Below are positions 13,319-25,530 of a DNA stretch of 64,000 nucleotides, piece by piece. The notes under the pieces are model-generated. The model worked only from the letters and a program-made list of their open reading frames with translations. It was not told the origin of the DNA and did not search any database. How positions within the stretch are numbered: the first letter of the stretch is position 1; each line of letters begins with the position of its first letter. This stretch comes from Octopus sinensis (lineage: Eukaryota): positions 99,448,001-99,512,000 of the forward strand of contig NC_043006.1 of NCBI RefSeq assembly GCF_006345805.1. Reading direction: 5' to 3'. A program made the translations under genes and the position numbers.

Positions 13319-14475
13319 AGATCCCGTCTTTTTCCCTTTCTTTTCGTTTCCTTCTCCGTATTTTATTCTCATTATTTCGAACTAATACAGACACAGTGAG
13401 CCTTGAAGAAAGGAAGAGGAGGAAAGGGAAAAAAAAAATGTCCGGAGATAAAACTATCAACAAAAAAAATACAGACGAATATAGATCTGCTAGTCTTAAG
13501 AAGCGGCGCTATGAGCAATGCTTACATGTAGTGAACCCTAAACTGACAGATCCATCTCCTAATATAAGAATGGATGCTCGTCATAATTCAAGGTCAACAA
13601 ATCAAACAATAAACCGCATTGGTCATTGCGTGGATTACAAAAGACGACGTACCCGAAAATTGAACCAAATCCTGATTGAAAAATCAGTTACTGGATCAAA
13701 TCTTCCCAACACACAGGAGCTGGACGAACCCCACAACCGGAATATTCCAACAGATGGCCATCCATGCTCATCACCAAATTATCAAAAGAAAAAGAAGGAA
13801 AAATGGTCTAGGGAAGATAATAAAGAAGTTCTTGAGGCCTTCTACCATGCCATATATTTCCCCACAGATAAGTCTAGCACTGTACAAGCATACTTAAACT
13901 GGAGACAGAAACACCCTGAAGTAAGACCCTACATAGACAGTAACAAGCTTGCCAATGTTAGAAGAAACATTATAAAAAAGAAATTACTGACTGAAGTAGA
14001 GATTGATCAGGTTAGACAAGCAATATCGGATAAAATGAACGAAGCTGCAGCTAGAGAAGATAATACAGAGGAAATGATTATAGACCAGCCCAGGGCGGAT
14101 AAAAACGAAGAGAGGATTGAAAGAGTTAGTATAAGTGATAGGCAAAGTGAAATACTCCCTGAACCAATCATAAACACTAAGACAGATGAGCATCAAATAG
14201 ATAAAGAAAGTCACACAAATATTGACCCAACAGAACTACATGAGCTAAAAAATCAAATCATGATTGAATGGCTGAAAATTAAAGAAACCAGCATGGATGA
14301 GCGTGATACACTTCCTAAAATCCGCAACTCTAACCAAAACATGAAAATAATTGGTAAAATCCGGCTTGCACTTAAGGATATAATTTCAGTTAATGATGTT
14401 GATATCATAAACCTCAACCACCTATACTATGCATCCGCGAAAATCTCAACGATCCTATGTGGTGTAAAGATCAGA
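13319..14475 (+). mobile_element. Inverted 5' (N-terminal) part of the same Dong/R4 LINE
   Basis: ORF 13396-14478 ends with KDIISVNDVD..CGVKIR, the peptide that starts the minus-strand part; colinear in the copy at 30165-32025. Confidence 0.85.
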
Positions 14476-14476
14476 T

Positions 14477-14477
14477 A

Positions 14478-14554
<77 letters not shown>

Positions 14555-14557
14555 TAA

Positions 14558-14594
<37 letters not shown>

Positions 14595-14630
14595 ATTATT
14601 ATTATTATTATTACTATTATTATTATTATT
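14477..14630. repeat. (ATT)n tract (tail of adjacent SINE, LINE junction)
   Basis: Direct reading. Confidence 0.95.
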
Positions 14631-14690
14631 CAGGTCACTGCTTGGTATTGAACTCAGAATCTTGGGGTTAGTAGCCCGCTCTTAACCACA
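14631..14690 (-). mobile_element. Short tRNA-like SINE ending in (AAT)n
   Basis: rc gtggttaagagcgggctactaac..gagttcaatacc with A/B-box-like motifs, directly followed by (aat)n. Confidence 0.55.
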
Positions 14691-14699
14691 ATCTCTGCT

Positions 14700-14915
14700 C
14701 GATGTATTCGGTGAAAGCGAAAATCCGACGAGTGCACACCATACATCTGTACTGCAGACTAAACAGCCAAAAATTGAGACGGCCTACCGATGCCAAGATA
14801 TTGGCACTTGCATAGGAATGTTTGTGACATCAGCTACCCAAAGGATCTCGCCCACATGGCTTTGGTTTTGGAGGGAAAAAAATAGAGTCGGATACCTTTT
14901 GAACACACCGCGTAT
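14700..14915 (-). mobile_element. mariner-like transposon 5' end
   Basis: rc tacgcggtgtgttcaaaaggtatccgact TIR-like start, ending at gagcagaga (EQR start of mariner transposases). Confidence 0.5.
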
Positions 14916-15664
14916 ATTAAAAATCATAAGTAACAAAAGGAGCGCATAACCTAGATTAAAAATCACTCGTAACAAAAGTCTACAAAACGTTGAATAGACT
15001 GTCGTCAGATGCAATTTACAAATAAATATGCAAATATGAAAGATTACAAGTATTAACATTGGATGGACACGTGTCAGACGCTCTTGACAGCTCTCTATGC
15101 AATGGAAAAGCGTTAAAATGCAAGATGTTATAAAACCGGAATAAAACCACTCTAAATTATGGATAGTAAGGCTTTAGATGATAACACTATTATCATTTAT
15201 TGACGATATCATAGATCACAATATATTTAGGAACGGACACACTGTTAGTAGGAAATGCGACTTATAAATGTGAAACTCCTAGAAGCACAGTAAAATCAGA
15301 TACTTCAGCAAAGCAAATAAAATTTCTAATTCCTACTCTCAACATTGTCAAATATAATAGCTTCTGTGACAACTTATGCATTATCCACCTACGTTTCCTG
15401 CCAAGAGTAAAATGACAGGAGCAAATATCAGTAGAACTGTATCCGCGATAAAACTTTCTTTGAACGATCGACTTTGTAAAATAGAGAGAATACATTTGGT
15501 GCTCAAATCTACACATAATTCATAATTTCGATCATTCTCAAATGACACCAGTTTTTAAGGATACTAGTTTTATTATTCATACACATGTGCTTCTCTTAAC
15601 TTTACATACACATGCGCCTATATGTCAGTTGTTGCTTGTTTATATAAAGGTATAGTATTCTATC

Positions 15665-16062
15665 GAAGGCGGCGAGCTGGCAGAAACGTTAGCGGTTTTT
15701 CGTCTGCCGTTACGTTCTGAGTTCAAATTCCGCCGAGGTCGACTTTGCCTTACATCCTTTTGGGGTCGATTAAATAAGTACCAGTTACGCACTGGGTTCG
15801 ATATAATCGACTTAATCCGTTTTTCTGTCCTTGTTTGTCCCCTCTATGTTTAGCTCCTTGTGGGTAGTAAAGAAATAGGTATTTCGTCTGCCGTTACGTT
15901 CTGAGTTCGAATTCCGCCGAGGTCGACTTTGCCTTTCATCCTTTCGGTGTCGATAAATTAAATACCACCTACGCACTGGGGTCGATGTAATCGACTTAAT
16001 CACTTTGTCCGTCCTTGTTTGTCCCCTCCATGTTTAACCCCTTGTGGGCAATAAAGAAATAA
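15665..16062 (+). mobile_element. Tandem dimer of a second SINE family
   Basis: Two ~200-bp units (15665-15878, 15879-16062) with gagttcaaattcc B-box and gcctttcatcctttcggggtcgataaa core (resembles the Meta domain, unverified). Confidence 0.85.
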
Positions 16063-16460
16063 GTATTCTATCGCTGGTGATATTATATCAGAATAACATT
16101 GTACGAAATTTAGCTAAAGTATTTTCATAAATGCAGTAACGGTAACGTGAGGCATAAGATACCGATTATTCATACTTATTCTTCATATCCATGTATCATC
16201 TAAAAGTATTTTTTTTAAAAGAGCAATTTTTAAGCAAAGTAATCACAAAAATCAGTAGAACTTATGAGGTACATTTCTCGAGTTCATGCGTGAAACTAGT
16301 ATTGTAACCAAAGCAGTATATCCAGGAACTCGATGACACGATATATCAAATATGACTCAAGTCAAAATGCAATTTGAACAGATTACACGTTACTCTAAGC
16401 ATGGTTTCACAATTTTCCCATTTCACCTACACAGTGCAACATTCATATGTATAGGAGAAA

Positions 16461-16568
<108 letters not shown>

Positions 16569-17050
16569 TGGGAGTTTCATATATACGCACATGGATGCAT
16601 ATTTTCTTTATGCCTATATAACGTATGTAGGTGAGCGTGATAACATTTAATCTGTAAACTTTACATTTTGAAATACAATAAAAGGAGATTATTATTTGCA
16701 GGAAGTCAAATATATTCAATATATACTACATGTAGATACACAATATATACATGCACTTAAATCTAAAGAATATTCTTTGCATATATATGTAAAAGAAATA
16801 TTTTGTGAGGTGACATTCATCGAGACCAACAATGAAATCAATATTCCTGTATGACTGAACAACAAAACATCCTTTTACCAAAATATTATTTTACTTCTAA
16901 ATCTCACAAGCAGTCGCATTAGGTATCTTGACGAGGAGATGTATATATATATATATATATACATATATATATAATATATATATATATACATATCTAATAT
17001 TATATATATATATATATATAATATATATATATATATATAAATATACATAT

Positions 17051-17092
<42 letters not shown>

Positions 17093-17117
17093 ATATATAA
17101 ATATACATATATATATA

Positions 17118-17184
<67 letters not shown>

Positions 17185-17739
17185 ATATAATATATATATA
17201 TAATATATATATATATACACACACATTATTCAAACAATCACTTGAATTGTTCTCAGTATTGTTAGATCAAATAACAAGTGCCACTACAACAATTGAGTAG
17301 CTGCAAATTTCTTTTTTTTTTTTGTTACGTTATCCTCAAGATAATATTTATGACGCAAATTGAGATATATTCAGTATAATTGAGATATTTAAGAAATCAC
17401 TGATTACGTCTGAGGTTTCTTGAATTGAATGACCTAAACGAATGTTTTCATCATCAATGATGAGCGTTACATATTTGAATGCTACAAAGCAGAGTTAATA
17501 ACACTTCATACATTTCATGTATGAATTGTATTGTAATACCGTTATTGTAATAAAATAGTTCATCTTTGGTTTCTATTAAACACGTTGCTATACTGCTATA
17601 TTGGATAGAAGAAACCCTTTTCGACTTCAATTATGTATATGTATATAGATATATACATATATATATATGGTGGATTCTCTCATCGAAGACGATGAATGAG
17701 GGTTCAGTAAATAATCCGCAACAATTCCTAAGCCTTGTG

Positions 17740-18221
17740 ACACCGCATGTGTTCCTTTAATCCAGCAGATGTCTTGCACACTTTCTCGCGAATGGTACAC
17801 TTGCATGTACCAAAAAATAAGCATCCATCGATGCGACAAACCTCAGGTGTTATTGAGTGAAAATGGTTTACTGAACAACCGGAACTTTGACATGTTTAAA
17901 GTAGTCATTGCTTCTGCTGCACAAAACACACTCTCTCCATCGAATTAACATGGTTTGTATAGGTGCACGGTGTGCCACACATCAGTTGATAAAGCGATCG
18001 CAGGATTTTCTTGTAAGAGTGTTCCGTCTCTTAGATCAGTTTTGAAAGTCAACACTAAAGGGTCTGATCTACCCTGGTAGGCTTTCTGCGCGCCTGGGCA
18101 AATACCAGGTATTTCTAGGTCCTCGCACATTTATTGGATGGTCGTTGACTCCCAAGAGTTCCTCCGCCCTTTGACGGGTTTTGTTTTTGATCCCGCAGGG
18201 TGTCCAATAAACACCCTCCTC

Positions 18222-18230
<9 letters not shown>
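17740..18230 (-). mobile_element. Possible RTE-like LINE 3' relic (duplicated at ~19100-19585)
   Basis: AYQGR..FKTDL..DVWHTV and VCKTSAGLKEHMRCH zinc-finger-like end; heavily decayed. Confidence 0.4.
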
Positions 18231-18283
<53 letters not shown>

Positions 18284-18284
<1 letters not shown>

Positions 18285-18470
18285 GGAGAATTTACGAAAA
18301 AAAAAACAAAAGACGAAGAAAGGTGGTGTACGAAACAAACAGATGTATTAGTATAACGCTCAGGAATAGAAAAAGTATTTTACGTTTCGAGCCTACGCAC
18401 TTCTACAGAAAGGGACACAGAAAAAACAAAGAGAGAAATAAGGAGAGAAAAAATGTGTGTAGTGGCTAAC
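18284..18470 (-). mobile_element. Solo PLE terminal module (same family as 42455-42640)
   Basis: rc ctgtagaagtgcgtaggctcgaaacgt..ttcctgagcgttatactaatac; (TA)n on both sides. Confidence 0.7.
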
Positions 18471-18482
18471 ATATATATATAT

Positions 18483-18585
<103 letters not shown>

Positions 18586-19579
18586 TTATTCAAACAATCA
18601 CTTGAATTGTTCTCAGTATTGTTAGATCAAATAACAAGTGCCACTACAACAATTGAGTAGCTGCAAATTTCTTTTTTTTTTTTGTTACATTATCTTCAAG
18701 ATAATATTTATGACGCAAATTGAGATATATTCAGTATAATTGAGATATTTAAGAAATCACTGATTACGTCTGAGGTTTCTTGAATTGAATGACCTAAACG
18801 AATGTTTTCATCATCAATGATGAGCGTTACATATTGAATGCTACAAAGCAGAGTTAATAACACTTCATACATTTCATGTATGAATTGTATTGTAATACCG
18901 TTATTGTAATAAAATAGTTCATCTTTGGTTTCTATTAAACACGTTGCTATACTGCTATATTGGATAGAAGAAACCCTTTTCGACTTCAATTATGTATATG
19001 TATATAGATATATACATATATATATATGGTGGATTCTCTCATCGAAGACGATGAATGAGGGTTCAGTAAATAATCCGCAACAATTCCTAAGCCTTGTGAC
19101 ACCGCATGTGTTCCTTTAATCCAGCAGATGTCTTGCACACTTTCTCGCGAATGGTACACTTGCATGTACCAAAAAATAAGCATCCATCGATGCGACAAAC
19201 CTCAGGTGTTATTGAGTGAAAATGGTTTACTGAACAACCGGAACTTTGACATGTTAAAGTAGTCATTGCTTCTGCTGCACAAAACACACTCTCTCCATCG
19301 AATTAACATGGTTTGTATAGGTGCACGGTGTGCCACACATCAGTTGATAAAGCGATCGCAGGATTTTCTTGTAAGAGTGTTCCGTCTCTTAGATCAGTTT
19401 TGAAAGTCAACACTAAAGGGTCTGATCTACCCTGGTAGGCTTTCTGCGCGCCTGGGCAAATACCAGGTATTTCTAGGTCCTCGCACATTTATTGGATGGT
19501 CGTTGACTCCCAAGAGTTCCTCCGCCCTTTGACGGGTTTTGTTTTTGATCCCGCAGGGTGTCCAATAAACACCCTCCTC

Positions 19580-19620
<41 letters not shown>

Positions 19621-19623
<3 letters not shown>

Positions 19624-19807
19624 AGAATTTACGAAAAAAAAAACAAAAGACGAAGAAAGGTGGTGTACGAAACAAACAGATGTATTAGTATAACGCTCAG
19701 GAATAGAAAAAGTATTTTACGTTTCGAGCCTACGCACTTCTACAGAAAGGGACACAGAAAAAACAAAGAGAGAAATAAGGAGAGAAAAAATGTGTGTAGT
19801 GGCTAAC
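19621..19807 (-). mobile_element. Solo PLE terminal module (duplicate copy)
   Basis: Duplicate of 18284-18470. Confidence 0.7.
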
Positions 19808-19811
19808 ATAT

Positions 19812-19910
<99 letters not shown>

Positions 19911-20088
19911 ATATGTATATATATATATTTTTTTTAATGAAATGGATAAATGAATTATCTTGTTACGGATTATTCAAATTATAACCGATACCTGGGTAGC
20001 AAAAATTACAACAGAAAAATCACGGTTGAGGTTACGACCAAGGGGTATCGCAACCGTGCCTTAGTGCGGATAATTGAAGTTTTATATT

Positions 20089-20367
20089 TAGTGAGGGAAG
20101 AAATGGAGCTGAACGAAGATTTAACAAAATTCCTTTTTATTATTTTCTACACATGTTTCACATGGGCTCCTAGGGAGCGTTTGTTCGAAAAGCTTGCTGC
20201 GCATTTGTTTGGAGATTTAAGTTCCTGGATTTTCCTGAAGAGAATGCTGCAAAATGGTCTCCTTATTCAATCCGAATTAGGGAATTTGCAGCCTTTGAAA
20301 CATGTGTAGAAAATAATAAAAAGAAATTTTGTTAAATCTTCTTCCAGCTCCATTTCTTCCCTCACTA
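20089..20367. mobile_element. Foldback mini-element, 72-bp inverted arms
   Basis: 20089-20160 is near reverse complement of 20296-20367; TA at both ends. Confidence 0.8.
20229..20314 (+). ncRNA. Hammerhead ribozyme fold, canonical core
   Basis: Stem I AUUUUC/GAAAAU; CUGAAGA; stem II 11 of 12 pairs (G-U base); GAAA; short stem III; GUA triplet, predicted cut after 20308. Confidence 0.7.
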
Positions 20368-20373
20368 TATATA

Positions 20374-20438
<65 letters not shown>

Positions 20439-20485
20439 TATACATATATATATATATATATAATATATATATATAATATTATATA

Positions 20486-20536
<51 letters not shown>

Positions 20537-20566
20537 ATATATATGTATATATGTGTGTGTGTGTGT

Positions 20567-20876
20567 GTGGTGGCGCAATGGCCCAGTGGTTAGGACAGCG
20601 GACTCGTGACTGTAGGATCTCTGTTTCGACTCTCAGACCGGGCGTTGTGAGTGTTTATTGAGCGAAAACACCTAAAGCTCCACGAGGCTCCGGTAGAGGG
20701 GGGGGAGAACTCTGCTGTCCTTTCGCCACAACTTTCTCTCACTCTTTCTTCTGTTGGCCTGCTCGCTTAGCCAGCGGGATGGCGTCATTTGAAGGCTAAA
20801 ACAATGCGAAGCGCATTGTGACCAGCAATGTGTAGCAACATCTGATAGCCTGGTCGGTCACGGTGATCACGGTGAT
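20567..20876 (+). mobile_element. tRNA-derived SINE, third family, tail type A
   Basis: Head tggcccagtggttagg..gtttcgactc shared with 36072; (CACGGTGAT)n end. Confidence 0.85.
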
Positions 20877-20889
20877 ATATATATATATA

Positions 20890-21380
20890 GACACCCTCAT
20901 TTTTAATTGTTAAAAATTATTACCTTTGTACGGTATTTTTCCCATGCTGGCCACTAGATAATATGGATACTTAAATATCGATATTATCCTCATATATAAA
21001 TTTATATAATTCGTTATTATGTTCACTGCGGTGTTTATTTTAACCGTGTCGTACTTATGGGATGATTCGGCGGGTAATTTAACTGGCCGCGTGTATACGT
21101 GCATATGTATTTATGTATGGACGTTCGTATATGTAAGTATATCGTTTGTTCTGCATATATATATCTGTATTTATGTACTCTTGATATATTCAACCGATGA
21201 CGGTAAAGCTTATTTAAAGCAAAACCAGAAATCCTGGATCTTGAATTATTCAATAATTTTTGCTTGTATATTTTGTCCCTCTGTCTTATCTCATGGTGCG
21301 ACACGAACCCTTAACGTGGTTTTTATAGTCAGAGTTTCGACTGCTATTTCGGCATGTTGGTGTCTCTTAGACACCCTCAT

Positions 21381-21388
<8 letters not shown>
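20890..21388 (+). mobile_element. PLE-type module bounded by a 20-bp direct repeat
   Basis: agacaccctcatttttaatt at both ends, (TA)n outside; contains a hammerhead-like fold. Confidence 0.5.
21188..21246 (+). ncRNA. Hammerhead-like fold, CCGAUGA variant
   Basis: Stem I AUUCAA/UUGAAU; C-GGU..ACC-A stem II; GAAA; palindromic AUCCUGGAU stem III; AUC triplet. Confidence 0.5.
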
Positions 21389-21412
<24 letters not shown>

Positions 21413-21420
21413 CAAGTTAA

Positions 21421-21632
21421 TCCAAACATGTTCACACAAATAGAAAACACAACAAGGCGAGGACGTGGAACAAGTATAGTATTATTGGACGCTCAGGAAA
21501 GAAGGAAAGCAGGAGGTTTTAACGTTTCGAGCGGAGCTCTTCGTCAGAAACATAGGAAAAGGAAAGATACAAAAGAAGGGAAGACGGAGGAAAAAATCGC
21601 CAACGGTACACACGCGGTCACATTTTTAATAT
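21421..21632 (-). mobile_element. Solo PLE terminal module with minimal hammerhead (21516-21551)
   Basis: rc GUUU-CUGACGA-A-GAGC-UCC-GCUC-GAAA-CGU-U-AAAAC; layout as 42455-42640; TA flanks. Confidence 0.65.
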
Positions 21633-22744
21633 ATTGAATATATATATACATATATTCCCTCGTTTCACACAGAAGTGAACTGTGAACTGCATTAATTTAA
21701 CCTGATTTGTCTACACTTTCATTGAATGTAATAAGGACTTTCACATGGAATTTCACCTTTCGAAGTTTGCATTTTACCGAGCAAGACCGTGTTTAAGAAT
21801 GTCATCTGCGAAACAATAAAATGTTCCTCTTTAGAAAGCAGGCCTTCTAGCATTGCTATAAATAACTGATCAGCTACGATCTATTTAAAATGTAGTGGAA
21901 GAACAATAATTAATTTTCAATGCGTTCAATAAGGCCTTATGCATTTTATCTTAACTTCGGAAACGTCACGTCCGAAGACGGTACTGTTTAATACTCTAAA
22001 ATGCCATAGTGATACGTTTTAAGCAACTGGCGTATCTTTTTGTAAAAAAGATCTCTTCAGTTCACAATTGGAAAAAAATATATTTCAGTTGTTTCCGAAC
22101 AAGTTTGGCTTAAGCATCGAAAATGTATTACATACCTGTTTGATATTTCGTGTATTTGTATTTATGTACTAATGTGAGTTTGTGATTGGGCAACAGAGGG
22201 AGCGGTGAGACAAGAACTGGAGAACAAAAGAAAGGCGCAAGAATAAATGGAATGAAATGTAGAGAAAGAATGAACGTGTTTCGCAAAGAAAACCTAGCAA
22301 AAATAAGAATAAAGTATTTGGAAGTGAGTGACAGAAAATGAAAACAATGATAAAAGTCGGAAATTGTTATACTTAATGGAAAATAGATGTATTATTTTGA
22401 GTTAGGCTACAAACAAGTTTTGTGCACGTATATATTTGCGATGGGGTAATGAATAAATGTTTTTTTCTATGTATTTACAAGGTCATTAAGAGCGAAATAT
22501 CCGATATTCTTATTCACCAAGTTTGACAGTCGTTAAGTCCAATGTTTTATCCTGACAAATGTTTGTTTTACAACATTGAAGATTTACATCCTCACCTTTC
22601 GAATTGCACTTCATACAGTCTGATTATATCGTGAAGCTATGGATAGAAAAAAATCATGTTGTTTATGAATATTAGTTCCGTCTTTGAACGGATGCATCCC
22701 AGACAGCTCAAAGCATCAACGAGGTGGTGAAATCTGGCAAATGA

Positions 22745-23369
22745 GTGCAATGTAGATCGATGGTTTAAGAAGTTCCGGTCTGGTAACTTTACTCTTGAAA
22801 ATCAGCCCCATGGTATACCTGAGACGAACGTGGATAATTATGAGCAGGAAATTGAAGTGAGTTAGCAGCAATGTTTGATGTTTCCATTGCAATTGTATTG
22901 GACCATCTGAAACAAATAGGCAAGGTAAAGAATCTATACGACGTGAACTGAACGAGCGTCAAATGACACGTCGCCTTGAAACTTATTGTTTTTGCTGTCA
23001 CGGCATAAAAGCGAAACATTTTTCCATCGTATTACTACGTGTCATGAAAAATGTTTTTTTTTTCAACAATATCAAGCGTTCTGTACGGTGGTTGGATAAT
23101 TTGCCAACAAACTCTAATGGTGTCCGTTTGGTGGTCCAGCGCTAGCGTCATACACTACGGCATCATGAGACCTGGTAAGTCAATTACAGCGGATGTATAC
23201 ATCAACGATTTGGTTGAATGATGAGTGAACTTGCACTTAAACAGCATAGATTGATAAACAGAGACTGGCGAATTCTCTTGCAACTCAAATTACAAAACAC
23301 TGCATTGGAAGCACTCTGTCATCCATCATATTCACCCGACTTTGCACCAACTGAGTATCACGTATTCCG

Positions 23370-23370
<1 letters not shown>
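22745..23370 (+). mobile_element. mariner transposase relic
   Basis: RWFKKFRSGNFTLE, VWW..VIHY, HPSYSPDFAPTEYHVFR (YSPDLAP motif). Confidence 0.85.
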
Positions 23371-23403
<33 letters not shown>

Positions 23404-23407
<4 letters not shown>

Positions 23408-23562
23408 GGAGTAAACACATAAATGTGAAACAAGGTGGAAAAAAGAGTACTCAAATACCAGTGGTAGAGTAATATGCTTTATTTTAAGCAGCAGAAAATT
23501 CAACAAAATTCAACAAAAGAGTAACAGATTTTGTTGAATTTTCTGCTGCTTAAAATAAAGTA
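23404..23562 (+). mobile_element. Internally deleted foldback mini-element (family of 46927-48110)
   Basis: Shared taccggagtaaacac start; 34-bp inverted arms 23475-23508 / 23529-23562; TA flanks. Confidence 0.7.
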
Positions 23563-23620
23563 TATATATATATATAATATATATGTATATATATATATAT
23601 ATATACATACACACACACAA

Positions 23621-23697
<77 letters not shown>

Positions 23698-24322
23698 TCC
23701 TTCATATCGAAAGAACACGATGGAAAATGACTTCTATTAAATTGGTATAATTAGAAATTTACGACACGATTCCAATCTTTTCACTGATGCGTGTGTCCCG
23801 ATATGAGTTGCAGAAGCCAACAGCACTAATGAGTAAACATTCGGTTTCGTTTTGTTGAAAAGCATGTCTGTATGTGTGCGTATAATGTACATGTTTACAT
23901 GTGTATGGATATATTTGACTTCTATAATTATGCCCATGGAGATCTGATGCATGTAGCGTATTTTAATATGTAAGAGCAGGCTGTCCTTTGCCCATTCGTA
24001 GAAATTAATTTTCATAAATTTACTGCTACTTCTGCGACACTAATTTGAACCTCTTTTAATGCATCCAATTTTCTATTTATGTCCAGGTTGCATCCCTAAG
24101 ATATAGTCATATATTTAGCGTCAATTCCAATTAATCCAACCCATATCTGATGAGGGGCCGAGTGTCGCCAGCGCAAATTTTTACGACCACACATAAAAAA
24201 TGAGCTATTTTTGAGAAGAGTTATGTGTAATATTAGAAAAAAGTTTGTTAAACCTGTTTAGCATGTCGTCGTACCATGTAAACTAGTTAGGTTATTAATG
24301 AAGGTTCAAGAGTGGATTTTAG

Positions 24323-24378
<56 letters not shown>

Positions 24379-24457
24379 TGTGCGTGAGTGTGTGCGCATG
24401 TGTGCGTGTATGTGTGTGTGCGTGTGTGTGTGTGTGCGTGTGTGCGTACGTACATAT

Positions 24458-24495
<38 letters not shown>

Positions 24496-24591
24496 ATATA
24501 TATAAATATACATATACATATATACATATATGTTTATATATACTAATGGGTCTGTATATATATATATATATCTGCATATATATATATATAT

Positions 24592-25011
24592 AAGAATTTT
24601 TTTGCGTAATGAGATAAAAAAAACCAAGGCTCTGTAGAACATTTATAGATAGAAGGTCTTACGGCTGTTTCCAAGATATTTATTAATTACTTGCCTTCAT
24701 CGGAGACGGGATGAGAGGACGGTTAAGTATCAGTTAATTCAGATAGGATACAAAATAGAGAGAGGTGGAGGAAAGGAAATAGATGTGAGATATGTAGGGA
24801 TATTGAAGTTGTAGATCCATTTTTTTAGACAGCATGGTATATATGTAAGATTCCAATACCTTATGAGTAAACTCCAACAGAATTTAAAATAATAAATATT
24901 ATAATATTTAAATTAATAAATATCCTGGAAACAGCTGTAATACTTTCTACCTATAAATGTTCTAATATCTATACATACTTGGATTTTTATCTCATCACGC
25001 AAAAAATTCTT
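24592..25011. mobile_element. Foldback mini-element with hammerhead-like fold (24656-24707, minus)
   Basis: ~100-bp diverged inverted arms 24592-24688 / 24910-25011; rc GUCU-CCGAUGA..CAAG/CUUG-GAAA-CAGCCG-U-A-AGAC. Confidence 0.6.
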
Positions 25012-25170
25012 GTATGCACAGGCAGACATATGACCCTTATTCGCAAAATTACCGAACCTGGAACTTAACTATCGTTTGTCTATAGCACTTATTCAGCAGT
25101 ACCTGATACATTTGGGTGTCAATGATACCATTATCTCATATATATATATATATACATATATATATACATA

Positions 25171-25249
25171 TACTTTATTTAAAGTAGCAGAAAATTCAAC
25201 CTGTTACTCTTTTTCCACCTTGTTTCACATTTACGTGTTTACTCCGGTA
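25171..25249 (-). mobile_element. Short copy of the 46927 mini-element family
   Basis: ccaccttgtttcacatttacgtgtttactccggta; TA flanks. Confidence 0.7.
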
Positions 25250-25250
25250 T

Positions 25251-25335
<85 letters not shown>

Positions 25336-25446
25336 CGTGTTTTTGTATGTATGTATATATTATATGTGGAGGAAGAATCAAGACCAAGGCAGAACGAGTA
25401 TCTCAAGTCGTTTAGAATAATTTAATTAGGGTAAGGTGAATTTGAA

Positions 25447-25530
25447 GTCTTGCAGCTGTTTCTGGGTCTCTGGAATGACGCAAAGAATTGCTTAGCATGC
25501 ACTTACAATAGCTATTCCGTCATCAGAGAC
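25447..25530 (-). ncRNA. Decayed hammerhead fold
   Basis: rc GUCU-CUGAUGA-C-GGAAU..AUUCC..GAAA-CAGCUG-C-A-AGAC: U16.1 lost, extra bases before GAAA; inverted partial copy at ~25817-25833. Confidence 0.4.

Noticed and set aside
23820-23875. CTAATGA..GAAA hammerhead-like spacing
   Set aside because: G5 is mutated, stems I and III are weak; indistinguishable from chance.
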